Positions 1 to 8,646 of a stretch of 64,000 nucleotides of DNA are shown here, piece after piece. Within the stretch, counting starts at the first letter, position 1. The number at the start of each line of letters is the position of its first letter. Under the pieces are notes generated by a model. The model made no database searches and was not told the DNA's origin. It saw only the letters and a list, made by a program, of their open reading frames with translations. A program made the position numbers and the translations under genes. The DNA comes from Deltaproteobacteria bacterium (GTDB taxonomy: Bacteria > Desulfobacterota > Syntrophia > Syntrophales > UBA5619), in NCBI GenBank assembly GCA_021817825.1, contig JAKAFS010000002.1, forward strand, positions 6,812 to 70,811. Direction: 5' to 3'.

Positions 1-314
1 AGCCTTGGGGGATCAAGGTTTCCCATGTGGAGGTCAAACAGATCGATCTGCCCGAAGAGATGAAGCGGGCCATTGCCAAGCAGGCAGAGGCCGAGCGGGA
101 GCGGCGGGCCAAGGTGATCAGTGCCGAAGGCGAGTTCCAGGCCGCCCAGAAGCTGATCGAGGCGGCGGGCCTGATGGAGACGCAGCCCATGTCTCTGCAG
201 CTGCGCTATCTTCAGACCTTGAACCAGATTGCGGCGGAAAACAACTCCACCACGGTATTTCCGATCCCGATCGATCTTTTCAAACCCTTTCTGAAGCTGG
301 CCGAGAAGGCCTAA
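1..314 (+). CDS. SPFH/band-7 (stomatin/QmcA-like) protein, C-terminal part; the 5' end lies outside the window
   Basis: Frame 3 is open from nt 3. The translation [50 protein letters not shown]...LRYLQTL matches the conserved end of the SPFH core plus the coiled-coil tail of prokaryotic stomatins. The 'M' at nt 27 in the ORF track is an internal GTG. Confidence 0.85.
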   Translation, partial: PWGIKVSHVEVKQIDLPEEMKRAIAKQAEAERERRAKVISAEGEFQAAQKLIEAAGLMETQPMSLQLRYLQTLNQIAAENNSTTVFPIPIDLFKPFLKLAEKA

Positions 315-401
315 GGCCGGAGACAAAGGATTCGGCTGCCGGGGCCGCTGCGGGAGGCCTTGAACAGGCCCGCAGGACCCCGGTCCCAAAGGAGGCGATC
401 C

Positions 402-752
402 ATGGAACCCACGGAGAAGAGAAAAAAACGCAGCGTCCTGACCGGCGGAATGATCCTGATCGCCCTCGGGGTGCTGATCATCCTGCACAAGATGGCTGTC
501 TGGCCTTTCTCCCAGAGCTGGCCTCTGCTGCTGATCGTGATAGCTTTCGGCACCCTGATCCAGCGGTTCAAAGACTTCGGAGGATGGGTGATCGGCTGCG
601 TCGGTTTGATCTTTCTGGCGGCGGAGAACCTCGATGTGCGGATCTACGCGATTGCCCAGTTTCTCCTTCCCCTGCTGCTGATCCTGGTCGGGATCAATCT
701 TCTTCTGAAATACCGCAGGAAGAAACAGGCCGGCGACGAAACAGAAGAGTAA
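402..752 (+). CDS. small integral membrane protein, function unknown
   Basis: ATG at 402 is preceded by AAAGGAGG (388-395). There are four hydrophobic segments (GGMILIALGVLIIL, WPLLLIVIAFGTLI, WVIGCVGLIFLAA, IAQFLLPLLLILVGINLLL) and basic termini. No catalytic motif was recognised. Confidence 0.6.
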   Translation: MEPTEKRKKRSVLTGGMILIALGVLIILHKMAVWPFSQSWPLLLIVIAFGTLIQRFKDFGGWVIGCVGLIFLAAENLDVRIYAIAQFLLPLLLILVGINLLLKYRRKKQAGDETEE

Positions 753-796
753 CCGGCTCCAGGAATGATACGGGCCCTGCCCAGCACGAGGACGGA

Positions 797-1123
797 ATGA
801 ACAACACCCACTACTGGATTTGGCTTTTCCTTGCCGGGCTGTTCGAAGTGGCATGGGCCTCGGGACTTAAGTCCACGCAGGGCTTTACCCGTTTTTGGCC
901 CAGCCTCTGGGTGCTGTTCACAATGGGCATCAGCATTTACGGCCTCTCTGCGGCGGTAAAAGGGCTGCCGGTGGGTACGGCTTACGCCGTCTGGACCGGC
1001 ATCGGCGCCGTCGGAACGGCCCTGGTAGGGATTTTCATGCTAGGAGAACCGGCCGGCTTCGCCCGCCTGGTCTGCATTTTTCTGATAGTGGTCGGCGTGG
1101 TTGGATTGCGCTTCTACCACTGA
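797..1123 (+). CDS. sugE: SMR-family small multidrug-resistance protein, SugE/Gdx subtype (guanidinium/quaternary cation exporter)
   Basis: 108 aa with ATG at 797. It shows close similarity to E. coli SugE: AGLFEVAWASGLK (membrane Glu) and LPVGTAYAVWTGIGAVGTALVGI. It occupies only the last 108 codons of the 372-aa ORF-track entry 5..1123. Confidence 0.87.
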   Translation: MNNTHYWIWLFLAGLFEVAWASGLKSTQGFTRFWPSLWVLFTMGISIYGLSAAVKGLPVGTAYAVWTGIGAVGTALVGIFMLGEPAGFARLVCIFLIVVGVVGLRFYH

Positions 1124-1219
1124 CGGCCCTTTCCGCGCACTTCCCGATTCTTTTAATGAAGTGCATTTCGCCGGACGACACCCGTCGGCAGCCTTTCGTG
1201 GTTTGGAAAACCGTATTTC

Positions 1220-2431
1220 TCAGATCAGGGCGAGGCTGTCGGCGACGGCCATCCCGGCGCGCGTCGGTTGCAGAAACCCATTTTGGACTTCAACCAAACC
1301 CTCCTGGGCAAGCTTCGTGAGCATCGTTCCTTTTTCTTTCCGCAAATCCAACCCGTAACGTTTCCGGAAGGTCTCCAGGTGGATGCCCCGGCTGGTTCTC
1401 AGACCGAGAAAAAAAGCCTCCAGGCAACGCTCTGCATCGGTCAGCAGTTCGGATTCGGCGACCGGTCGTTTCCCGGCGGCCAGATCGCTCAGGTAATGGG
1501 CGACCGACCGGTGGTTCCAGCGGCGCAGCCTCCCGTCAAAGGTGTGGGCGGCGGGGCCGAGGCCGAGATAGGGGGTGTGGTCCCAGTATTTGCCGTTGTG
1601 GCGCGAACGGAAGCGGTCCTCGCGGGCAAAATTGGAGATTTCGTAGTGTCCATAGCCGGCCTCGGTCAGGATCTCGGAGGTCCGGAAGAAATAGCGCGCC
1701 TGCGCTTCTTCGCCAGGCAGGCAAAGACCTTCGCCCGCGATCCTGTCGGCCAGCGGCGTTTGCGGTTCGATCGTGAGCTGATAGCAGGAAAGATGTTCCG
1801 GCCGCAGGACAATGGCCTTCTGAAGAGCGGCCAGCCAGTCGGCAAAAGCGCTGCCGGAAGGGGTGGGAATGCCGTAGATGAGATCGATGCCGATGTTGTC
1901 GAAACCCGTCTCCCGGGCCAGGGAGACCGCTTCCACCGCCTGCTCCGCCGTATGACGCCGCCCCAGGAACTGAAGGATTTCGTCGGAAAAGGACTGACAG
2001 CCGATCGTGAGGCGATTGACGCCGGCGCGCCGAAGCGCCGCGAGAAGCTCCCGGGTGACGTCGCCGGGGTTGGTCTCGATGGTGATCTCCGCGTCGGAGG
2101 TGATCGGAAAGGCCCCGCGGAGGTCGCCCAGCAGCCGTTCCAATTCGGCGGCGCCCAGGATGGAGGGCGTCCCGCCGCCGATGTAGAGCGAATCGAACGG
2201 TCCGGCGCCCTCTGCGTAAATCGCGATTTCGCGGCGCAAGGCGGTGAGAAAGGCGGGGATCTGCGCCAGATCGGTCTGGGAGTAGAAGCCGCAGTAGGCG
2301 CATTTCCGGAGGCAGAAGGGGATGTGGAGGTAGAGACCGGGCAGGGCGGTCGGCCCCGTGCCGGAAATTCCTTCCGGCGCGCCTTGGGGCCGGGCAGGGC
2401 GCCGGGCGGGAAGCGCCGCGGCCATCCTCAT
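1220..2431 (-). CDS. hemW: radical SAM heme chaperone HemW (HemN-like, oxygen-independent coproporphyrinogen oxidase family)
   Basis: Carries the radical-SAM CxxxCxxC motif (HIPFCLRKCAYCGF), YIGGGTPS and the HemN C-terminal domain. The start ATG at 2431 overlaps the lepA stop as ATGA (plus-strand tcat at 2428-2431). The lepA-hemW synteny is widespread. Confidence 0.9.
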   Translation of the reverse strand: MRMAAALPARRPARPQGAPEGISGTGPTALPGLYLHIPFCLRKCAYCGFYSQTDLAQIPAFLTALRREIAIYAEGAGPFDSLYIGGGTPSILGAAELERLLGDLRGAFPITSDAEITIETNPGDVTRELLAALRRAGVNRLTIGCQSFSDEILQFLGRRHTAEQAVEAVSLARETGFDNIGIDLIYGIPTPSGSAFADWLAALQKAIVLRPEHLSCYQLTIEPQTPLADRIAGEGLCLPGEEAQARYFFRTSEILTEAGYGHYEISNFAREDRFRSRHNGKYWDHTPYLGLGPAAHTFDGRLRRWNHRSVAHYLSDLAAGKRPVAESELLTDAERCLEAFFLGLRTSRGIHLETFRKRYGLDLRKEKGTMLTKLAQEGLVEVQNGFLQPTRAGMAVADSLALI

Positions 2432-4224
2432 TCCGTGTCCGATTTCAGGACCGCCAAAAAGGCGCTTTGCGGGATTTCGACGTTGCCGATCATCTTCATC
2501 CTTTTTTTGCCCTTCTTCTGCTTTTCCAGGAGTTTCCGCTTCCGGGAGATGTCGCCGCCGTAGCACTTGGCAATAACGTCCTTCCGGAAAGGGGAGATGG
2601 TGGTCCGGGAGACGATCTCGCCGCCGATGGCCCCCTGGATCGCTATCTTGAACATCTGACGGGGGATCTCCTCTTTCAGCCGTTCGCAGGCTTGCAAGCC
2701 CCGGGCGCGGGCCCGCTCGCGATGGACGATCTGGGACAGGGCGTCCACCTTTTCGCCGTTGACCAGGATATCCAGAAGGGCCAGACTGCTTTCCCGGTAG
2801 TCGATCATGTCATAGTCGAAGGAACCGTAGCCCTGGGTGACGGACTTGAAGCGGTCGTAGAAATCGAAGATCACCTCGGCCAGAGGCATCTCGTAGGTCA
2901 GCTCCACCCGCCCGGGGTTCGGGTAGTTCATCGTGGAGTTTACCCCCCGTTTTTCCATGCAGAGCTTCATCACCGATCCCAGATAGCGCTCGGGCAGCAT
3001 CATGGCGGCGCGGATGTAGGGTTCCTCTCCTTTGGCGATCGACATGGGATCGGGATAGTGGGCGGGGTTGTCCACGAAAAGCTCCGTGCCGTCCTTGAGG
3101 ATGAAGCGGTAGCGGACAGAGGGGACCGACAGGATGATGGAAAGATCGTACTCCCGCTCCAGCCGCTCCTGAACGATGTCCAGATGGAGAAGGCCGAGAA
3201 AACCGCAACGGAAGCCCTGGCCCAGGGCAGCCGAGGAATCCTTTTCGTAGATGAAGGAGGCGTCGTTCAGCTTGTATTTATCCAGCGAAACCGCCAGATC
3301 CTCGTAATCGTCCGAGGCAATGGGATAGATAGAGGCGAAGACGACGGGCTTGACCTCCTTGAAGCCGGGCAAAGGCTTTTCGCAGGGGCGGTTCTCCAGG
3401 GTGATCGTATCGCCGGTCCGAACGTCCGAAACGGTCTTCACCCCGGCAATGATATAGCCCACCTCACCGGCGGAGAGGCTTTCCCGTTTGGCCCGCTGGA
3501 GGAGAAAATGGCCGACTTCTTCGACGCGATAGGTCGCGTTGTTGTACATGAAGCGGATGGTGTCCCCCGCCTTGACGGTGCCGTTCATGACCCGGCAATG
3601 GATCACAGTTCCCCGGAAGGCATCGTACTTGGCATCGAAAATGAGTGCGGCCAAAGGGGCTGCGGGATCGCCCTTGGGAGGCGGCACCCGCGTGACCACG
3701 GCCTCCAGGATCTCCTCGACACCGGTTCCCTCTTTGGCGGAACACTTCAGATGGGTGTCCGGGTCCAGCCCCAATTCCGAATCGATCTGCTCGATCACCC
3801 GCTCCACATCGGCCGAGGGGAGATCGATCTTGTTGATCACCGGGATAATGGCCAGGTCATGCTCCATGGCCAGATAGAGGTTGGCGAGCGTCTGCGCCTG
3901 GACCCCCTGGGCTGCATCGATGAGCAGCAGAACCCCCTCGCAGGAGGCCAGCGACCGGGACACCTCGTAGGTGAAATCGACGTGGCCCGGGGTGTCGATC
4001 AGATTCAAGATATAGGTATGGCCGTCCTTGGCCCGGTAGGGGAGGGAGATGGCCTGACTCTTGATCGTGATCCCCCGTTCCCGCTCGATGTCCATGTTGT
4101 CCAGGATCTGGTCCTGGAAATTCCGGTCGTTCGAGACGCCGGTATACTGGATCAGACGGTCGGCAAGGGTGGACTTGCCGTGGTCGATATGGGCGATGAT
4201 GCTGAAATTTCTGATATACTCCAT
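2428..4224 (-). CDS. lepA: translation elongation factor 4 (LepA)
   Basis: MEYIRNFSIIAHIDHGKSTLADRL (G1), DTPGHVDF (G3), NKID (G4) and the LepA-specific C-terminal domain ...GGDISRKRKLLEKQKKGKKRMK. ATG confirmed at 4224. Confidence 0.97.
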   Translation of the reverse strand: MEYIRNFSIIAHIDHGKSTLADRLIQYTGVSNDRNFQDQILDNMDIERERGITIKSQAISLPYRAKDGHTYILNLIDTPGHVDFTYEVSRSLASCEGVLLLIDAAQGVQAQTLANLYLAMEHDLAIIPVINKIDLPSADVERVIEQIDSELGLDPDTHLKCSAKEGTGVEEILEAVVTRVPPPKGDPAAPLAALIFDAKYDAFRGTVIHCRVMNGTVKAGDTIRFMYNNATYRVEEVGHFLLQRAKRESLSAGEVGYIIAGVKTVSDVRTGDTITLENRPCEKPLPGFKEVKPVVFASIYPIASDDYEDLAVSLDKYKLNDASFIYEKDSSAALGQGFRCGFLGLLHLDIVQERLEREYDLSIILSVPSVRYRFILKDGTELFVDNPAHYPDPMSIAKGEEPYIRAAMMLPERYLGSVMKLCMEKRGVNSTMNYPNPGRVELTYEMPLAEVIFDFYDRFKSVTQGYGSFDYDMIDYRESSLALLDILVNGEKVDALSQIVHRERARARGLQACERLKEEIPRQMFKIAIQGAIGGEIVSRTTISPFRKDVIAKCYGGDISRKRKLLEKQKKGKKRMKMIGNVEIPQSAFLAVLKSDTE

Positions 4225-4293
4225 AGTCCCCGACTTTCTTGGCTTTCTTTGCGTACTTCTAGCATGAATGGTGAACTTAGTAAACTCCGAAAA

Positions 4294-4331
4294 CGGGAAG
4301 AGCCCTCCCCGCAAGGGAAGGGCTCTTTTTC
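4294..4331. terminator. 12-bp GC-rich hairpin between the adk stop and the lepA start (possible adk terminator, bidirectional in shape)
   Basis: Plus strand reads agagccctcccc-gcaa-gggaagggctct followed by tttt. On the minus strand the same stem is followed by TCCCGTTTT. Pairing was checked by hand: 12 bp including one G-U. Confidence 0.4.
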
Positions 4332-4358
4332 TAAATAACGGTGCAAGAGGGCTGATCC

Positions 4359-5033
4359 TCAGGAAAGCATCTTCAGCAGGCTTTCAGAAACTTCCTTCAC
4401 GCCGGGCGTCCCATCGACTTCCAGCACCTTGACGCGCTGCTTGAAATAATTGACGGCCGCCAACGTCCCCGTTTGCGTGTCATAATAAATGCCATGGCGT
4501 TTGTCGATGGCCGCCTCGTCCTGGTCGTCGGCGCGGGCGGTCAGCTTGTCCGAGCCGCAAACCCGGCAGACCATCTTTCCCTCCTTCAGCACAGGCTTGA
4601 TGGCGTCGATGTAAATGTTGTTCGGGTGGTTGTTGTCCACGGCGCAGAGCCGGCGGCCCATGATCCTTTTTTTGGCGATTTCACGATCGAGCAGGATTAC
4701 GATGACGTAATCCAGTGTTATGCCCGCTTCGGCAAGGGCGGTTCCCAGCGCTTCGGCCTGGGCCAGGTTGCGCGGGAAGCCATCGAGAAGCCAGCCGTTT
4801 TTGCAGTCCGCTTCCCGGAGCCGGTTCAGGATCATCGGGACGGTGATCCCATCGGGGACCAGCTCGCCGCGGTCGATGAACTCTTTGGCCTGCTTGCCGA
4901 GTTCGGTTCCTCTTTTGATGTTTTCCCGAAAGATGACGCCCGTTTCAATGTGGGGCACGCCGTACTTCTTCTGCACGACGGCACCCTGCGTCCCCTTGCC
5001 GCTTCCGTTTGGACCGAAGATCAAGATATTCAT
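4359..5033 (-). CDS. adk: adenylate kinase, long-lid type with a Cys-X5-His-X19-Cys-X2-Cys metal motif
   Basis: MNILIFGPNGSGKGTQ (P-loop), LLDGFPR and RADD. Lid residues are C130, H136, C156 and C159. ATG confirmed at 5033. Confidence 0.95.
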   Translation of the reverse strand: MNILIFGPNGSGKGTQGAVVQKKYGVPHIETGVIFRENIKRGTELGKQAKEFIDRGELVPDGITVPMILNRLREADCKNGWLLDGFPRNLAQAEALGTALAEAGITLDYVIVILLDREIAKKRIMGRRLCAVDNNHPNNIYIDAIKPVLKEGKMVCRVCGSDKLTARADDQDEAAIDKRHGIYYDTQTGTLAAVNYFKQRVKVLEVDGTPGVKEVSESLLKMLS

Positions 5034-5186
5034 GACACGAGTTCCTTTCTCTGGGCGAGTTGAGCGGTGGCGGGGCCGCCGCTTTGTGAAACCGGGCCGG
5101 GTACTGTTGCTTGGGGGATGCTGCTGCGGCGAGCGAAGGGCCGCTGGAAAAAGTTCACGGCGCACGGCCGTGATCGGTCAGTGCCC

Positions 5187-5396
5187 TCAGGAAGGGCCGC
5201 AACTGGTCGCGGAACAGCTTCCGCAACCACCGCCGCTGGCGGTGTTGCCGACCTTTCCGGAAAAGGCGGACAGCAGGCGCTGCGTCCGCGTCGACCGGCA
5301 CGCCGGGCAGGCGACCGTTGACTTGGCGTCGCTGCTTCGGATGAGGAGTTCGAAGGTCTCTCCGCATTTGCGGCACTTGAATTCGTAAATCGGCAT
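5187..5396 (-). CDS. FmdB-family zinc-ribbon protein
   Basis: MPIYEFKCRKCGETFE...CPACRS is the hallmark FmdB N-terminus. It has a Gly/Cys-rich tail (GGGCGSCSATSCG). ATG at 5396 rather than the ORF-track start at 5471. Confidence 0.8.
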   Translation of the reverse strand: MPIYEFKCRKCGETFELLIRSSDAKSTVACPACRSTRTQRLLSAFSGKVGNTASGGGCGSCSATSCGPS

Positions 5397-5471
5397 GAAC
5401 TTTATTCTCCCTGGGGTTGCCATCGGTCTTGGGGCACGACCGCCTTGCGGGCGTCGTCGATTTCGGGGCAA

Positions 5472-5500
5472 AAAATACGGGAAACTGTCCCAAATGTCAA
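5472..5500 (-). promoter_or_regulatory. sigma70-like promoter for the FmdB-family gene
   Basis: Minus strand reads TTGACA (5500-5495), a 17-nt spacer, then TATTTT (5477-5472), about 75 nt upstream of the ATG. Confidence 0.4.
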
Positions 5501-5529
5501 GGGATATGAGGGGACTATGGGGTGCGGCG

Positions 5530-6516
5530 TTATTGGGGCAAAAAGGCGTCCCGGAGCGGGAGAAGCGTCGTCTCGCCCCGCGCGAAAGAGGCCTGCCGGC
5601 TCTCGTAGAAGGCGAGCAGCAGCCGGATTCCCTCCGGTTCGTTGCCGTTGCCGTGGACCAGGATGACGCTGCCGGGCCGCGGGGCTTCTCCCTTGGCCAG
5701 CCAGGCGTCGGCGCCGAGGGGGATGAGGCACAGCTCCCGGAGTTGTTCGATCAGCCCCTGGTCCGACACCAAACCGGGAAAGCGGAAGAAAGGGGAGGGC
5801 AGCAGCCCCTTTTCGAGCAGGAGACGCTCCAGGCGGAGTGCCTCATCGCGAAAATCCGTGTGGGGACGGAGAAGAAAATTCTTCTCCAGAGGGAGGTCGG
5901 GATCGTAAAAATGGGTATAGGAGTGGTTGACCCAGGTGATCGTCAGCCTTTGGGCGGCCACCTGGGCCTCAATCCAAGCCAAATCCTCGGGATGCTTTTC
6001 GATCCAGAGTCCGGTGACCGGCAGAGCGACCGGGATGGGCGCGGTGAGGGGAAGGGCCGCCGTCGCTTCCAAAAAACCTCGGTCCAGGGGCTTTTTTGCC
6101 GGGCAGAGGTCGGCGGTCAGGAAAAATCCTGCGACGGGTAGTTCCGAACGGCGCAAACCGTCGTTCTGAAGGGGATAGGGGGGGGCCGTCTGCCGGGCAA
6201 GGGCGGCGGAAAAGGGGGTTTGCCGCCAGGCCGCTTCATCGGCCCGGCGCAGAGCGGAAAGACGAGTCGCGCTCATTTCCCGAAAGGCGAATCGCTTGGG
6301 GTCCAGGATGAGCAGGCGCTCCTCCCCATCGCGCTGGAAGCGGCGGACGGCGGCCGCCAGCGTGCCGTCTTCTTCATAAAAGGGGATCCGAACCGCCTCA
6401 TAGCGGGAGATCGCGCTGTCCATCCCTTCCGCGGCCTGCGGCGGAAGGGACAGGAAAAGAAAAACGGGCAGCAGGAGGGCGAAAAAGAACCCTGTGCGTC
6501 GGCTACAGACTGCCAT
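5530..6516 (-). CDS. secreted polysaccharide deacetylase-like protein (divergent CE4/NodB fold)
   Basis: Signal peptide MAVCSRRTGFFFALLLPVFLFLSLPPQAAEG. CE4-like motifs are WVNHSYTH (H-S/T-x-x-H), RFPGL and VILVHGN. Motif 1 is degenerate (LTADL instead of TFDD). SD GGAGGTGA lies upstream of the ATG at 6516. Confidence 0.65.
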   Translation of the reverse strand: MAVCSRRTGFFFALLLPVFLFLSLPPQAAEGMDSAISRYEAVRIPFYEEDGTLAAAVRRFQRDGEERLLILDPKRFAFREMSATRLSALRRADEAAWRQTPFSAALARQTAPPYPLQNDGLRRSELPVAGFFLTADLCPAKKPLDRGFLEATAALPLTAPIPVALPVTGLWIEKHPEDLAWIEAQVAAQRLTITWVNHSYTHFYDPDLPLEKNFLLRPHTDFRDEALRLERLLLEKGLLPSPFFRFPGLVSDQGLIEQLRELCLIPLGADAWLAKGEAPRPGSVILVHGNGNEPEGIRLLLAFYESRQASFARGETTLLPLRDAFLPQ

Positions 6517-7480
6517 TCACCTCCATGAGACGGACGGCGCGGACGAAGCGCTGGTCGTAGTAGGGCGTGTCCAGATTGTCGACCCGGACACCCCTTTTCC
6601 GCGACGAGGCGTGGACAAACTCGTTGTTGCCGACGTAGATCCCGACGTGGCCGACCTCCTTTTGCGTCTTGAAGAATAAAAGGTCGCCAACCGTCAGCTC
6701 GCTTCTGGAGACGCGCATCCCCACGCGGGACTGCTCGAAGGCGGTCCGCGGCAGGTCGATGTTGAAAATGTGGTAGATCTTTTTCACAAAGGCCGAGCAA
6801 TCGATCCCCGTCACCGAGGAACCGCCCAGTCGATAAGGGGCGCCGAGAAATCCCATCGCTACCTTGACGAGCAGCTTCGGCTCCTCGGGCGTCGTCCAGT
6901 TGCCGAGGAGGGCGGCGCTGTCTTGCTTGCGTTTTTCGATCTCCTGCCAGGCCTCCAGGGAGGTGACCCCGCCGTCCACTTCTTCTTCGTCATCCAGATC
7001 GGCGATCAGGGCGTTTTGAACATGGCGGGCCGGGTCAGAGGAGCCTTTCTCCTGCCCGGGCAGCTCTTTTTTGTCCCGCAGCGTCAGTCGCTGTCCGATC
7101 GCCAATTTGTTGCCCCGGAGGTTGTTCAGCTTGCGCAGATCGGCCAGGGAAACCCCTGTCTTTTTGGCGATGGCGGCCGGGGTGTCGCCTTTGCGGACCC
7201 TGTAGAATTCCTCGCCTGCCGGTGCGCTCTTGCCTGTCCTGGCGACGGGTTGCGACTTTTTACCGGGGATGATGAGGATCTGATTCGCCTTCAGCTTGCT
7301 GCTCTTCAGGCGGTTGGCCCTTTGCAGGGCGGAGAGTTCGACGTCCACCTTCTCGGCAATCGAGATAAGGGTGTCGCCACGCTTCACTTTGTAGGTTTCC
7401 GCTGCCAGACCGTCCCGGCAGAGAAAAAACGATGCGAACAGGACACTAAGTCCCATCCATAGGAAAATCCGCCGTCTCAT
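6503..7480 (-). CDS. peptidoglycan endopeptidase with two LysM domains and a C-terminal NlpC/P60 domain
   Basis: Signal peptide present. LysM repeats are YKVKRGDTLISIAEK... and YRVRKGDTPAAIAKK.... The NlpC/P60 domain has catalytic GIDCSAFV and GHVGIY. SD AAGGAGG precedes the ATG at 7480. The 3' end overlaps the deacetylase start by 14 nt. Confidence 0.9.
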   Translation of the reverse strand: MRRRIFLWMGLSVLFASFFLCRDGLAAETYKVKRGDTLISIAEKVDVELSALQRANRLKSSKLKANQILIIPGKKSQPVARTGKSAPAGEEFYRVRKGDTPAAIAKKTGVSLADLRKLNNLRGNKLAIGQRLTLRDKKELPGQEKGSSDPARHVQNALIADLDDEEEVDGGVTSLEAWQEIEKRKQDSAALLGNWTTPEEPKLLVKVAMGFLGAPYRLGGSSVTGIDCSAFVKKIYHIFNIDLPRTAFEQSRVGMRVSRSELTVGDLLFFKTQKEVGHVGIYVGNNEFVHASSRKRGVRVDNLDTPYYDQRFVRAVRLMEVNGSL

Positions 7481-7555
7481 GATGAAGTACCTCCTTAGTT
7501 TAATCGGGGGCCCCCCCACTTCTGCTACGGTGCACAGATTTATGCCAATGGATGA

Positions 7556-7577
7556 CAAACTGCACACACAAACTGCA
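7556..7577. repeat. direct repeat CAAACTGCA x2 (13-nt register) in the divergent nlpC/P60-mtgA control region
   Basis: caaactgca occurs at 7556-7564 and again at 7569-7577. A related tgcaca lies at 7531-7536. Confidence 0.5.
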
Positions 7578-7742
7578 TGACTTTCTACAGGAATAGTTTC
7601 AGGAAGTCAAAATAAAAATTAAAAAAAGCCGTTGATTGTCCCCTTTTCTTCCCAAAGACCGGTAAATAAGCTATGGTACGGCCTGCCGCCCATGCCGGAC
7701 AGGCCGCCGCGGGTCGGGAACGCTTACCTGAAGGATGAGAAG

Positions 7743-8618
7743 ATGAAAAAATGGGGGAAACGGGTCGGAGCCAGCGTGTTTCTGATCCTGGTCGTGCTGG
7801 TATTGAATATCGCCTTTTACCTTGTCTGGCCCGATGTCGCCCGGTTGCAGAAGGAAAGGCCCGGAAAAACCGCCTTCATGGATTATCGCGAGCGGCAATG
7901 GGAGAGCAAAGGACTGAAGCGGCGGATCGATCAGCAGTGGGTCTCCCTGGCCCGGATTTCTCCCTACGCCGTCAAGGCGGTCATCATTGCCGAAGACGAC
8001 AAGTTCTGGGCCCATGAAGGTTTCGATTTCGAGGCGATCCAAAAGGCCGTCGAGAAAGACCTCAAGAAGAAGCAGTTCAAGGCCGGCGGGAGTACGATCA
8101 GTCAGCAGCTGGCCAAAAACCTCTATCTGACGCCGGCGAAGAATCCGATCCGCAAGCTCAAGGAGGCGGTTCTGACCTGGCGCCTGGAGCGGAACCTTCC
8201 CAAACGGCGGATCATCGAACTGTACCTGAACGTCGCCGAGTGGGGAGACGGCATTTTCGGAATCGAGGCCGCCGCCCGCCATTACTTCGGCAAGCATGCC
8301 CTGGACCTTTCGGCCCGCGAGGCGGCGCAGCTGGCCGTGGCCCTTCCCAGCCCGCTCCGTTACCGTCCCGGCGGCGGGGGGCGTTATGTGGAGAACCGGG
8401 CCGAAGCGATCTATCGGATCATGGTGCGCCGCGGGATCGCCATCCCCGATTACGAGGACCTGATGAGCGAGCCTGTCGCCACCGGGGAAGGACAGGAAGA
8501 CGCGCCGATCGCACCGCCCTGGAGCGCCGAACCGGCCGGGACTACGGAAGGAACGGAAAACGCCGAAGGGGCGCCGGGCGGCGCGGCCCTCCGGAAGGAC
8601 CCGCCGGCGGTCCCCTAG
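7743..8618 (+). CDS. mtgA: monofunctional biosynthetic peptidoglycan transglycosylase
   Basis: N-terminal TM segment followed by GT51 motifs AEDDKFWAHEGFD, GGSTISQQLAKN and RKLKEAVLTWRLE. The Pro/Gly/Glu-rich tail has no transpeptidase domain. ATG at 7743. Confidence 0.9.
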   Translation: MKKWGKRVGASVFLILVVLVLNIAFYLVWPDVARLQKERPGKTAFMDYRERQWESKGLKRRIDQQWVSLARISPYAVKAVIIAEDDKFWAHEGFDFEAIQKAVEKDLKKKQFKAGGSTISQQLAKNLYLTPAKNPIRKLKEAVLTWRLERNLPKRRIIELYLNVAEWGDGIFGIEAAARHYFGKHALDLSAREAAQLAVALPSPLRYRPGGGGRYVENRAEAIYRIMVRRGIAIPDYEDLMSEPVATGEGQEDAPIAPPWSAEPAGTTEGTENAEGAPGGAALRKDPPAVP

Positions 8619-8646
8619 CGGCGGCGTTGTTTGTGCAAAAAGGGCC

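Noticed and set aside
753-796. Guanidine riboswitch (mini-ykkC / ykkC-III) expected upstream of sugE
   Set aside because: The 44-nt gap contains ACGG/ACGA tetranucleotides, but they are not presented as loops of paired hairpins, and there is no ykkC-III-like pseudoknot sequence.
2467-4338. 623-aa ORF antisense to lepA. Similar long antisense ORFs occur at 1268..2563, 21508..23316, 23944..24813, 26937..28811, 34988..37105, 46522..48534, 48617..49705 and 54717..56057.
   Set aside because: All are mirror images of genes with unambiguous conserved motifs on the other strand, and their translations are Gly/Arg/Asp/Pro-rich with no recognisable domains. They are treated as shadow ORFs.
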